In this document: positions 50,806 through 63,899 of the stretch, in pieces
Numbering within the stretch: position 1 is the stretch's first letter
Layout: every line of letters starts with the position of its first letter
Assembly (NCBI RefSeq): GCF_006345805.1
Contig: NC_043000.1
Location: 99,448,001 to 99,512,000 of the forward strand
Reading direction: 5' to 3'
Length of the DNA stretch: 64,000 nt
From: Octopus sinensis
Taxonomy: Eukaryota
Made by a program: the position numbers and the translations under genes
The notes under the pieces: generated by a model
Databases searched by the model: none
Told to the model about the DNA's origin: nothing
The model's input: the letters and a program-made list of their open reading frames with translations, nothing else

Positions 50806-51589
50806 TGTATGTGTGTGTGTATGTATGTATTATGTATGTATGTATGTATGTATGTATGTATGTATGTATGTATGTATGTATGTGTGTGTGTATCATTATG
50901 TTTGTTTTGTTTGTCTCCCCACCACCACAACCACTGTTGATTTGTTTATGCCCCCGTAATATAGCTGTTCGTGAAGGAGGAAGATAGAATAAATTCCAGG
51001 CTTTAGAGAAATATAAGTACTGATGTTTGATTTGTTTGACTTCAAGACAATGTTCCACCACGGCCTGAAACAAGTAAAAGATTTTTTAAAAATCCAAAAG
51101 AATGTGACATTAAACTGAAGAATTACTCATTATGCTTTCGTAGAAAACTTTTACAAGGAGAAGGTTGACAGTGATTGCTCACTTTTGGCTCACTCGTCTT
51201 TATATCAGTCTGATGAAGGCAAGCAAACCAGAACTTCGAAGTCACTGCCAACTGTGTGTGTAATTTTATAAAACAGGATTTAAAAGTGAACTACTGTAAC
51301 TTTTATACTCGGATAGTGCAGTAATCGGATGGGCTTTTATAGTGTGCTATGTATTATCCTGCAATCATTCAGGCTCAAAATTATATGAAGCTGCCATCTG
51401 AGAAGAATGAGAAAGAACGAGAAAAAAAAAGAAAGAAAAAAGACGAGAAAGGAAAACCTGGAAGGAGGGAAATTAAGGGGAAAAAGAGTTGTGTCCTTTT
51501 GGAACTTTAGAAGAGGTATGCTGGTAAAGCTTATATGAATTAACAATGGTTGGTAACATTAATCTGATGGGGGAAAGGCTAAAGTTTGT

Positions 51590-51830
51590 AGGACTGTATG
51601 CCTAGTCCGGAAAGGGTGGTGTTCTCCAGTTCGATAACAGAAACTTGTAATTATGCTTGCATCTTGTGAAAATTTCCAATCTCCAGTTCATAAGGTTGGT
51701 GGAGTTCTTAGATTTAAAAAGAATATAAGTTCTTTCATTTATACAAAACCTGCATCTCTTCAACCCAATAATGCGTTCTCCACTTGGTGATGCATTTGAG
51801 TATTTTCGGCTTTCGGGTCTCAGATGTGGT
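51590..51830 (-). mobile_element. Penelope-like element ORF C-terminus (GIY-YIG region), decayed
   Basis: rc GLKRCRFCINERTYIL..NLMNWRLEIFTRCKHNYKFLLSN matches the PLE motif KRCxLCxxEK..LNxRxE..CRH..KFLL. Confidence 0.8.
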
Positions 51831-51967
51831 TTGTTAGCTTAGTGATTTTCTTCTTGTCACATGCGAAAAAGAAAAGATATTCCTACTACCGGCCTTATTT
51901 ACTGCGCGTAGAGTGTATGTATATATATGTGTGTATACACACACGAGCACTCACGCACGCACACACA

Positions 51968-52035
<68 letters not shown>

Positions 52036-52337
52036 ACACACACGTATGGATGTATGTCTTTTTATGTTTGTGTTTGTCCTTCACCACTCTGCTTGGCAAC
52101 TGGTGTTGGTTTGTTTATATTCAGTTCAACATGTACCAGACTTAAAATCAAATATTAAGGTGAATTTGCCCAACTAAATCTTTCAAGGCGGTGCCCCATC
52201 ATGGCCGCAACCCAGTCACTGAATCTTTTTTCTAAGATGTTTCCATGTTATTTCATTTTCTTTTTCTTGCTCTTGTTCTTTATTTAACACATATTCATTC
52301 CTACCTTTAGAAAGATACTGTTATATATTGAAAGAAT

Positions 52338-52407
<70 letters not shown>

Positions 52408-52639
52408 ACATACATCACGCACGCATATATCGTACATACATATATACACCAATATCGATATATACTGTATTGCACTGTTTTAATGTTTTAATGTAGGCTG
52501 ATAAACAAATAAAAATACAATAGAAACATTAAAAAAATGAAAAGAAGTTACCTTTGCTTAAGTTGAATATCGTCATTCCTTTAGCTACATAGTTTTCTTT
52601 CTCCCACTGTGTGTCATTTGTTGTGTTCATGTATATACT

Positions 52640-53870
52640 TTTACGTAGATCGGGTCTGAAAAAGTATTGGCTGACTGCTCTTTAGAAAGGTATGGATTTC
52701 ACCTCGAGATATTTCTCGGAAGTTGTACTGTATAAGTCACAATGCTTTTCACGGGTTTCAACAGTTAATTCGTTCCTTTCCTTTGTTCACTGACTTTGCA
52801 TCAATGAGAAGAAATATGTACAAAAACCATCTCTACATTTGCATTGTGAGATGAAAAATGGCAAAGAAGAATTATGAAATTCTTAGCTATCCTCACTGGC
52901 ATTCAACCGCTATTTTTTTTTTTTTTCAAAATGTCTGGTTCACGTTTTATGTGTTGGTAGATTACTAAATTCTTCATAGCTTTTGTAATTTTCCACAAAC
53001 TGCTTCATATTACCAGCTTGATCAAAACACACCACATCATCAACTTCTGCGCCTCTATCAATCAAATATTTGACACGCGGCTCCACATCGGTCCAGTTTG
53101 GTATTTCATTCAAGGTTATCCACGCGAAGCATGAACAGTCTACCACTGGCTTAATCCATTTCTCAATATACCCCAGCCATCTGTTATATATATTAAATAT
53201 TTTAGTACAAACTTGTTACACTCATTCTCATTTCCTTCTTAGCGTTTTTGAGCAAGTAATCCTTTAACTATCAAGGGCATATATTTCTGTCTGTTGCGTT
53301 CTTCGAGCATTTCATGAACAGATTCTAAATTGTCAACACTTCCTACAACAGAACTGGTTTCCTTTCTAAATGCCTGAATGCGCGCGCGCGCGTGTTGCGT
53401 GTGATTGTGTGTAAGAGAGGAAGAGATAATACATCTGCAAATGAATGCAGGAGTTAAACCTCGCTTGTTTTATTCTCAAAGAATTTTAAAATTGTTGTGG
53501 GTGGTTTGCCTTGTGGTAGAAAGAAGAATTTCAAAGCAAGAAACATCGTCAGTATTGGGCTGGCTATATCAAGCGATAGTAACATTAGTGAATCTTTATG
53601 GGAGCGAAACTTCTTGAATTCAATTTCAACACAACTTTGTTACTACTGCTTTCTGTTCAGTTCGAACTCTGTAACTATAAAGATATTGATAAATACTACA
53701 AGTAATATTTTCAGTATCAATATCCATTATTCCTGCTGTATGATAGATACGGTTGTTTAAAACATGTGCTGAGCAACGCTCTCCAATTAATGATCTCTTT
53801 CGAAACATATTCTTCAAGTTTGCAAACATCACCAGTTTCTTAATGTCCGACTCATTCAAACATTATTTTT
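52640..53870 (-). pseudogene. Decayed hAT-family transposase (catalytic region to dimerisation domain)
   Basis: rc LIGERCSAHVLNN (CxxH), VEIEFKKF, KPPTTILKFFEN, LNEIPNWTDVE..VDDVVCFDQ, SHNANVEMVF. Confidence 0.8.
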
Positions 53871-54089
53871 CAGTTGTCATTGCAATATAATGTTTGGATG
53901 TAATACATATCTCAAAGAATTTCCTTTATATAATTAATGAGTGCGTTTACAGTTTCAATAGGTGTGATGTTGAAAGCAATCAATTTTGACTGTAAGCCAC
54001 AATTCTTTTAGTCAAAGAACTGAATAATTGCAGGAAATAGCTTTACTGAATCGTGATTACCTGCATCTGTAGCAATTCTACAATATGTA

Positions 54090-54476
54090 CTCTCTCTTTA
54101 CCCTTTTACTCTCTTACTTGTTTCAGTCATTTGACTGCGGCCATGCTGGAGCACCGCCTTTAATCGAGCAACTCGACCCCGGGAATTATTCTTTTGTAAG
54201 CCCAGTACTTATTCTATCGGTCTCTTTTGCCGAACCGCTAAGTAACGGGGACATAAACACACCAGCATCGGTTGTCAAGCAATGCTAGGGGGACCAACAC
54301 AGACACACAAACACACACACGCATATATATATATACATATATACGACGGGCTTCTTTCAGTTTCCGTCTACCAAATCCACTCACAAGGCTTTGGTCGGCC
54401 CGAGGCTATAGTGGGACTGAACCCGGAACCATGTGGCTGGTAAACAAGCTACTTACCACACAGCCACTCCTGCGCC
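54090..54476 (-). mobile_element. Family B SINE with a small internal deletion
   Basis: Tail to head readable. Confidence 0.9.
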
Positions 54477-54810
54477 CTATTTCATTTTATTCACGATTTT
54501 TTTCTTACAAGGTGGTATTAACAGAATGGAATGCCCAAGGTAGAATTGACAATTGTTTCAGTTTTTCTTCGAACACAAGAAAATATCCTTCCCACTTCAA
54601 AATAAGAGAAAGTATTTTTAACCTGGGTAGATGAACATATAGTCATCGACTTGAATTTTTTTGTAATGTTTAACAGCGTTTAGCGGCGTACAGTTTATAA
54701 GTACATTTGTAGCGGTGACAGCATCTTCAGTTTCTCTACCTGGTTTGGCAAATAAGTGAATGAATAAATAAATAAAACTTAGTTGCATCGATGTGCCATC
54801 TTGAACTATT

Positions 54811-55413
54811 GGATCTTTTCGGTTTGAACGGCAGTTTTTAATATAATTTCTAGGTAACTAAAAAATTTCAGACTTCGTATACTGGTAGAATGTGTTTATA
54901 AAACATCTTTTTCTCTTGGCTTTATTGAGAAAATTCTATAGTTTGTAAGATATTTGCTGTTTTTTTCTTCAATTTCTGCAATTTCAACCAATCGATGACG
55001 TCTATTGAGGTGAAAACATTCTGTACCTTATGAATATGCCCCTCGTTTAAGAAACAGATTGGGTTTATTTACATATGTGAAGAAAAAAAGATACCCTTCC
55101 CCCACCCCTAACCCTAACTAACCCTTTACATATATTAATTATGCCAGGGGGTACGTAACTTGGTTACTCATATCAGTATAAATACATAGATACATACATG
55201 CAAGTGTGAGTGTGTGAGTGTTACAGTGTGTATGTATATGTGTGTGTGTGTATAGACACATATACATATGCACATAGAGACACACATGTACATGTATATA
55301 TATATGTATATACAGATTGAAATGCAATAGATCGATACTAGGGTCATAATTATGGGTGACAATTTCATATGACACCGCTAGAAAAAAAACTGCCGTTCAA
55401 ACCGAAAAGATCC
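54811..55413. mobile_element. Merlin-like MITE (GG termini, 8-bp TSD) containing CCCTAA repeats
   Basis: TIR GGATCTTTTCGGTTTGAACGGCAG at both ends; TSD gaactatt at 54803-54810 and 55414-55421. Confidence 0.85.
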
Positions 55414-56282
55414 GAACTATTTATTGGAAAATATGTTTTAGGTCACGTGTTAAAAAAATCAGTACCCGTATTTGCGACGGAGACATACACTAATGGTTGG
55501 CACATCAGCCACTGAGCTTCTCAACCATCCACCCGTTTCTTAAAACATTAAAATTTGTTCCGCAGCTCTAAAGTAATTTTTTGTGTTTGTATTTACGTAT
55601 GAAAACTTTATCGATTAAACCTGGCTCAATAAGATGGTTCACCTGTAAATTAATAAACATATGTTTCATGAATTATATATGCTCAGCTGTGTCAACTCAG
55701 TCCAAAATCTCATAGGATCTTTGCTGGTGGTAAAACTCTTTGTCAGCAGTTTACGTCACAGGAAAACTGTTTACATCAACAACGGTTGAAGTAAACGAAT
55801 TCTCTATCTATTTTAACGATGTGTGTTCTAAAAGATAGATGTTCGAGCAGCTGACTTCTTATCTATTCATTACGGTGTAAATGGCTGCGTTATTTAGTGT
55901 GTCTGTTCTCTATACACTTGTAACCACTAACATTAAGAAATAATTAACGTGATTTAGTGTATGACAGGGTTGGCTCTTTGAATAAACTGATGCAGTCATT
56001 CACTGGGCTTCTTCACAGTTTCCGCTACGCAGTTTCTTTTACATGGCTATAGCAGGATCCACTACTTGATCAGTGGAATAAGACCTGAGATCTTGATTAT
56101 GAAGCATGCCTTTTCACCGTTCGGCTGTCGCTGTGCCAAGCCAGTGTCCGATTTGACGAACGTTTTTTGTACAAGGAGTAAATTATTTGTGGTACAGTAA
56201 CTTGTAAGGGTGAGAATAATAATGAATCTTAACATTAATAAAATTCATACGTAGTTATGTAACTTATTAATTTATTAATCAA

Positions 56283-56960
56283 GGCGGCGAGCTGGCAGAA
56301 TTGTTAGCACGCCGGGCAAAATGCTTAGCGGCATTTCGTCTATCTTTATATTCTGAGTTCAAATTCTGTCGAGGTCGACTTTGCCTTTCATCCTTTCGGG
56401 TCGATGTAATCGACTTACCCCTCTCCTGAATTGCTGGCCTTGTGCCAAAATTTGAAACTATCAGTAATTTATTAATGAAGGCGGTGAGCTGGCAGACTCG
56501 TTAGCACACCGGGCGAAATGCTTTGTGGTATTTCGTCTGTCGCCGCGTTCTGAGTTCAAATTCCGCCGAGATCGACTTTACCTTTCATCCTTTTGGGGTC
56601 GATAAATTAAATACCAGTTACACACTGGGGTCGATGTAATCGACTTAATCCGTTTGTCTGTACTTGTTTAGCCCCTTGTGGGCAATAAAGAAATAGGTAT
56701 TTTGTTCACCTTTGCTTTCTGAATTCAGATGCCACCAGAGTCGACTTTGCCTTTCATCCTTTCGGGGTCGATAAATTAAGTAGAAGTTGCGTACTGGGGT
56801 CGATCTAATCGACTGCCCCCCCCCTCCTTGTGCCTAGAGTAGAAAAGATCCTTTCAGGGTTCGATAAAATAAGTACTATTTAAACACTGGAGTCGATGCA
56901 TTCGACTTAGGCCCACCTCTAAAATTACTGACCTTGTACCAAAAATTTGAAACCATTATG
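56283..56960 (+). mobile_element. Tandem cluster of family A SINEs (monomer, dimer, tail fragment)
   Basis: Heads near 56283 and 56479; aaagaaataggtattt junction near 56690. Confidence 0.85.
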
Positions 56961-57970
56961 AATTTATTAGTTATTGTTTCCATATGAGTTTTTGAGAGTT
57001 TATCTTGGAGCAGCTTCAGATTTGGATGTGAGCAAAATGTCACCTACTAGGCGGAGGATTCTCCACTTCCGGTCTAGGTAATAATTTGATCTGCTAGAAA
57101 TAGCAGAAATAACCTTAAAATCACTACCTTCTTTTCTTAAAAAGGAAAGGATATATCAAACGGTGTATCCTGCATCCGATTGTGAAGGGATGGTCAGGAC
57201 TGGAATAATAACGATAATAAATCAGAGCTGACTCGGGGTTAAACGACAGCGGCAACAATAGCTATGTTTACAAAACATGCACTAGCCAATGTTAAAGTAC
57301 ACAGTGCAAATGGAGAGGCTTTGCTATCACTATAATATGTAAGACATCCTTGTAGTTTCATATCAACATACGTTGTCGTCTCGGCGATTGGCTGCCAAGC
57401 CCCACTCATACAAGAGGGTTTTGCATGACCTGGCTGTCAGCACATAGCAAACATCCGGAACCATCTCAGCCAAGAAATTCCACATTTTTCTCTTCCGTCT
57501 TCGATAGCGCCATCAACCGTGTAAACTGGTCCTTTGTATCGCTTTGAGCATAGGTTCAGCTCTTTAATGACACGTGATTAGCACATCTGTTTGAAACTTC
57601 AAATCTCAAATCTCGTCATGACAGACAGACAAAAAAAAAAATGTGAATTCTGTGCATTTTCCGTCAAAACACTTAAATTTCAATTTCAAATTTCTAAAAT
57701 AATATATGAAGTCTATGCAGCTATTTTCCTATAATCCCTTAATTTCAAATTCAAATTTATATTCCCTTGTCTCAAATTATCAAGAAATGATTAATTCCTT
57801 TGTAATAGCTGCCATCACTGAGAAAACGTGTGTATTTGAAATATTGAATTTTGTTTTTACAAATTATAGAAACTCTTCTCTACTGAAATAGATCGTAGAT
57901 CGCAACAAGTTTCCTTGCGATTCTCCTTTGCACAAGTTCATGTACTAAAGATTATATATATATATATATG

Positions 57971-58332
57971 CTAGCAATATCGCCCGGCGTTGCTCGGGTT
58001 TGTTTCGACCCTTTAGAATTTGAATTTTTGAAAAGTATGTAGCTTGTTATTCTCTTTAAGTGAACATTTTTCTGGTTGAAATACACCGAAAAATGGCGAC
58101 ACAGCAGTCAAAATAACCGTAAAAGATAGGGATTTTCATAGAGAAAAAGCACCTTTTTGATGTAAATAATTTTTGGTGTTACCATGACCCGATTTGAATT
58201 TTTTCTTCTATGGAATGAAGAGCAAGCCTTCTATCATACTCTCAATTTTGGTCAACTTGCGCCGCAGGGTCTCGGAGGAGATGGTGTTAGTTGAAGGCTA
58301 CCAAACTTGCCATACACGGACAACTTCAGCTT

Positions 58333-58345
<13 letters not shown>
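57971..58345 (-). mobile_element. Second non-autonomous Helitron with the same 3' end as 21818-22212 but a different interior
   Basis: ctagcaatatcgcccggcgttgctcgggtttgt; 5' end merges into (TA)n. Confidence 0.75.
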
Positions 58346-58380
<35 letters not shown>

Positions 58381-59341
58381 CGTGCGCGCGCGTATTATCG
58401 TTACATATACTCACACCACACACACACATACATCAGGCTATACAAATAAGTGAAAAGCACTTATCAATACATGTAGTAATTCGATGAAGTTCATTATTAA
58501 TTCTTTAGCTAGTTTCTGTTTAAAGATGTTACTAAGAAAAGGATCTAGCTATCTCTTGTACCTTAGATGTACACGTGCTCGCGTGCGCACACGCTTACAC
58601 CCACCCCACCCCATACAGACACACACACACGCGCGCGTACACACACGTACATACGCATGCACAAGCTGGTGCGCGCACACATACGTGTATTGTATGTATG
58701 ATTAGTATAAATACATATAATAATTGTTATGTTTGTATAGTGTAAAGATGTAGTGTGTTTGTGTTTGTATGTATGCGAAGTGCACTCGGACATTGATATG
58801 AAAATGAATATTTATAGAGCCCAGACACACTCGTGTTTCTGATTTTTCTTACCTTCAACAGCGAGGGAAAGAAATTTTGTTGGAATAAGCAGTCTTATAA
58901 AATGACTGCTATACCAACAAAACTTTTTTCGTATACATCCGATCTTGCATACTTAATGTATGTGAATGTATTAAGTGTATAATTACTGCCGTAGTAAAAC
59001 CGGAAAGAATTTCTGATCGTTTAGAATTTCAGCTTTAATGAGAAGATTTCGTTTAGTGTCAATGACAAATTTCGTCAGGAGAAACAAGGGAAAAAACTCA
59101 GAAATTTATATATTGATTGAACTGATTAATAATTAAATAGCGATATATTGTGGGTTGAGAGGTTGATCTTGTTGTGACACCACTGGAAGGGTCACACGGT
59201 GCCCGGTTGATTGATTCCGCTTGAGAATTTACACCTGTTTGTGTAATAATCAGAATAACCACGTACTTTCACACTGAATCAATGATTTGTATAGTTTACT
59301 TAAGCGATCAACCGTTATATATACATACATACACACACACA

Positions 59342-59381
<40 letters not shown>

Positions 59382-59532
59382 TGTATATAGTTCGTTTTTA
59401 ACGGTTATACTCGAAGTAAATAAGCGAATCTTTTTACGTTCTCTGCGAATTTTAAAAATTCTTATGACATTAGCAACATACAATTTTCGCGGGTAAGAAC
59501 TAACTTTCTGAAATAGGTATCGAAATTCGAAA

Positions 59533-59603
59533 GATTGCTTTGGTCCAATGGTAGAATGTCTGGTATGTTTACAGAAGATGCGGGTTCGAGTTGCAGTGGT
59601 AAG
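59533..59603 (+). pseudogene. tRNA-Val(UAC)-like head of repeat family F (duplicate at 61119-61189; downstream part also at 63905-64000, minus strand)
   Basis: tggtccaatggtag A-box, gtctg..tttaca..cagaag, gggttcgag B-box; stems are broken. Confidence 0.5.
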
Positions 59604-59795
59604 CCTTCAACTTCTATCCGAAGAGGGTGGAGGGTTTCTGAAAATTCACAAAAGTCGCTTTTATTTCCTCATAACTTTCAGAAAAATGAGTATTTTTGTA
59701 ATGAAATCTACATATGCCCTCCAGGCGTAGATGATGATTATATCGGAATTTAATATGAAAAAGAAAAAAAATGGTGGGATCGCACTCATACAAAC

Positions 59796-60639
59796 GGATC
59801 TTTTCCCTTTGAACGGCAGATCAAGAAATTAATTTTTCGTAACTAAACACTTTCAAACTTCGGACACTGGTAGAATGTGTCATATAAAACATCTTTTATT
59901 CTGAGCGGTTTTGAGAAAAGTTTATGTTTACGAAGTTATTTCGTGTTAAAGTTGTCGTATTTCGGTAATTTCAGCCAATCAATGACGTGTATTCAGCTGA
60001 ATAAAATTACTGCCCGTTGTTTGTCAACAACAACTATCGGCGGTGTATATGTTTGTCAGTGTTATTTATGACATCGTTCGTGCGTTTGTACTGGTTTTAG
60101 CTTTAAGGTTTTAGGGTTAGGGTTAAGGTTTTAGGGTTAGGGTTGTGGTTTTAGGGTTAGAGTTACGGAAAAAATGAAAAATGAAGAAATTAGAGGGTTA
60201 GGGGTAGGGGAGCAAAAAAGTCTTTCCGAAAATAGTAGCTGGAAAACAGAAAAAAAAAGATAAAAGCAGTAGAAATGCACAAACGATTATGGTAGTGCCA
60301 CGAAGTAAACATGCTTCAGATACACTCGTTTATTCATACAAACGTAACTGAGATGAAATATGTCATAGATAACTGCGACAAACGAAATATACACCGCCGG
60401 AAGTTGTTGTTCACAAACAACATCAGTAATTTTATTCAGCTGAATACACGTCATTGATTGGTTGAAATTACCGAAATAGGACAACTTTAACGTGAAATAA
60501 CTTCGTAAATATAAAGTTTTCTCAAAAACGCTAAGAGTAAAAAATGTTTTATATGACACATTCTACCAGTATACGAAGTTTGAAAGTGTTTAGTTACAAA
60601 AATTATTTTCTAAATCTGCCGGTCAAAAGGTAAAGATCC
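59796..60639. mobile_element. Merlin-like foldback MITE with ~280-bp TIRs, central TTAGGG-like repeats and 8-bp TSD; duplicated at ~61382-62229
   Basis: GGATCTTT termini; TSD atacaaac at 59788-59795 and 60640-60647. Confidence 0.88.
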
Positions 60640-62696
60640 ATACAAACTGACACACATACCAATTTACCGTATTTCTTTTATCTTTTACATCTTTCGGTCA
60701 TTAGGCTGCGGCCAGGCTGGGGCACTGGATTGAAGAAATTTTGGTCGAATGTATCGACCCCAGCACTTATTTGTTTTTTATAAAGCCTAGTAGCTATTCT
60801 GTCAGTTCTTTTGCCGAACCGTTAAGTTACGGGGATGGGAACACACTAGCGCCAGAGGTCAAATGGTGGTAGAGGACAAACACGGACACACGCACACACG
60901 CACACACACAAACGTGCACATACACACACAAACGCGCGCGCACACACACACACACAACACACACGTGTGTATATAGTTCGTTTTTAACGGTTATACTCGA
61001 AGTAAATAAGCGAATCTTTTTACGTTCTCTGCGAATTTTAAAAATTCTTATGACATTAGCAACATACAATTTTCGCGGGTAAGAACTAACTTTCTGAAAT
61101 AGGTATCGAAATTCGAAAGATTGCTTTGGTCCAATGGTAGAATGTCTGGTATGTTTACAGAAGATGCGGGTTCGAGTTGCAGTGGTAAGCCTTCGACTTC
61201 TATCCGAAGAGGGTGGAGGGTTTCTGAAAATTCACAAAAGTCGCTTTTATTTCCTCATAACTTTCAGAAAAATGAGTATTTTTGTAATGAAATCTACATA
61301 TGCCCTTCAGGCGTAGATGATGATTATATCGGAATTTAATATGAAAAAGAAAAAAAATGGTGGGATCGCACTCATACAAACGGATCTTTTCCCTTTGAAC
61401 GGCAGATCAAGAAATTAATTTTTCGTAACTAAACACTTTCAAACTTCGGACACTGGTAGAATGTGTCATATAAAACATCTTTTATTCTGAGCGGTTTTGA
61501 GAAAAGTTTATGTTTACGAAGTTATTTCGTGTTAAAGTTGTCGTATTTCGGTAATTCAGCCAATCAATGACGTGTATTCAGCTGAATAAAATTACTGCCC
61601 GTTGTTTGTCAACAACAACTATCGGCGGTGTATATGTTTGTCAGTGTTATTTATGACATCGTTCGTGCGTTTGTACTGGTTTTAGCTTTAAGGTTTTAGG
61701 GTTAGGGTTAAGGTTTTAGGGTTAGGGTTAGGGTTGTGGTTTTAGGGTTAGAGTTACGGAAAAAATGAAAAATGAAGAAATTGGAGGGTTAGGGGTAGGG
61801 GAGCAAAAAAGTCTTTCCGAAAATAGTAGCTGGAAAACAGAAAAAAAAAGATAAAAGCAGTAGAAATGCACAAACGATTATGGTAGTGCCACGAAGTAAA
61901 CATGCTTCAGATACACTCGTTTATTCATACAAACGTAACTGAGATGAAATATGTCATAGATAACTGCGACAAACGAAATATACACCGCCGGAAGTTGTTG
62001 TTCACAAACAACATCAGTAATTTTATTCAGCTGAATACACGTCATTGATTGGTTGAAATTACCGAAATAGGACAACTTTAACGTGAAATAACTTCGTAAA
62101 TATAAAGTTTTCTCAAAAACGCTAAGAGTAAAAAATGTTTTATATGACACATTCTACCAGTATACGAAGTTTGAAAGTGTTTAGTTACAAAAAATTATTT
62201 TCTAAATCTGCCGGTCAAAAGGTAAAGATCCATACAAACTGACACACATACCAATTTACCGTATTTCTTTTATCTTTTACATCTTTCGGTCATTAGGCTG
62301 CGGCCAGGCTGGGGCACTGGATTGAAGAAATTTTGGTCGAATGTATCGACCCCAGCACTTATTTGTTTTTTATAAAGCCTAGTAGCTATTCTGTCAGTTC
62401 TTTTGCCGAACCGTTAAGTTACGGGGATGGGAACACACTAGCGCCAGAGGTCAAATGGTGGTAGAGGACAAACACGGACACACGCACACACGCACACACA
62501 CAAACGTGCACATACACACACAAACGCGCGCGCACACACACACACACACACAATACATACATACACATACATACATGCATACATCATACGTACATACATA
62601 CATCATACATATATACATAAACACACACCACACACACACACACACATACATACATACATACATACATCATACATACATACATACATACATACATAT

Positions 62697-63180
62697 GGAT
62701 CTATGTAAACGTTGATATGTGGGTTCGATTCCTACGTGTTCAGCTCATCATTTTTCAGTCATATGTTTAGATTATGTCGCTTTAATGGGAGTATATATAT
62801 ATAATAATATATTATTATAGTTATTATTGTATAAAGAAGAATTTCGTGGTCGCTTTTCTCCGTAACTTACCAAGACTTCGGGTTTGTTTACAAAATTACA
62901 TGTCATTAAATTTGACTGAAATTGATGGATGAAACTTTGGGTCAATCGGATATGCATGGAGCCGCGTAAGCGTTGATATATGGGTTCGATTCCAACGTGT
63001 TCAGCTCATCATTTTTCAGTCATATATTTAGATTATGTCGCTTTAATCGGAATGTATATTATTATAATACAGTATTATAGTTATCACTGTATATATATAA
63101 AAAAATAAAAAATAAAAAAAACTTTCGTGGTCACTTTTCTCCGTAAATTATCAACCCTTCGGGTTTGTTTACGAAATTAT
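62697..63180 (+). repeat. Two diverged ~260-bp tandem units with a Pol III B-box (gggttcgattcc)
   Basis: gttgatat..gggttcgattcc.acgtgttcagctcatcatttttcagtcatat occurs twice. Confidence 0.8.
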
Positions 63181-63204
63181 ATGTATATATATAATTATAT
63201 GTAT

Positions 63205-63899
63205 ATACGACGAGCTTCTTTCAGTTTTTTTCTACCAAATCCACTCACAAGGCTCATGTTGGAATCGAACCCATATATCAACACTTACACGGCTCCATGC
63301 ATATCCGATTGGCTCAAAGTTTCATCCATCAATTTCAGACTTGCCCGAGGTGTCACACAGTTGGACTGAGCCCAGAACCATGTGATTCGAAAGCAAGCTT
63401 ATTACAACACAGCCACGCCTGCGCTAGTATGTATGTGTGCAAGCCAAATAATTTTTTTTTCAAACTTAATTTCGATTCAATCGTAATACGCACCATACTA
63501 CTACTATTTACTATTTAACTTGTTTCAGTCATTTGACTGCGGCCATGCTGGAGCGCCGCCTTTAGTCGATCAAATCGACCCCGGGACTTATTCTTTGTAA
63601 GCCCAGTACTTATTCTATCGGTCTCTTTAAGCCGAACCGCTAAGTGACGAGGACGTAAACACACCAGCATCGGTTGTCAAGCAATACTAGGGGGACAAAC
63701 ACAGACACACAAACACACACACACACATATATATATATACATATATACGACAGGCTTCTTTCAGTTTCCGTCTACCAAATCCACTGGTCGGCCCGAGGCT
63801 ATAGCAGAAGACACTTGCCCAAGATGCCACGCAGTGGGACTGAACCCGCAACCATGTGGTTGGTTAGCAAGCTACTTACCACACAGCCACTCCTGCGCC
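63205..63899 (-). mobile_element. Family B SINEs (63205-63425 interrupted by an inverted insert; 63517-63899 near full length)
   Basis: Head, core and tail matches. Confidence 0.88.

Larger units (their letters stand above)
59378..62552 (+). repeat. Tandem duplication of a ~1.59-kb unit (59378-60963, 60964-62552) bounded by (CA)n
   Basis: Near-identical copies; about 3 transitions, one extra TTAGGG unit and 1-bp indels. Confidence 0.97.

Noticed and set aside
59533-59603. Functional tRNA gene (also 27410-27478, 43345-43420 and SINE heads)
   Set aside because: Acceptor, D and T stems are broken; only A/B-box similarity remains
60096-60210. TTAGGG repeats as a telomere or fusion relic
   Set aside because: Short, degenerate and enclosed by MITE TIRs with TSDs
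62916-62946. CTGAAAT...GAAAC...GTC as a hammerhead
   Set aside because: Two core mismatches, no stem I, and the triplet is not kept in the inverted copy
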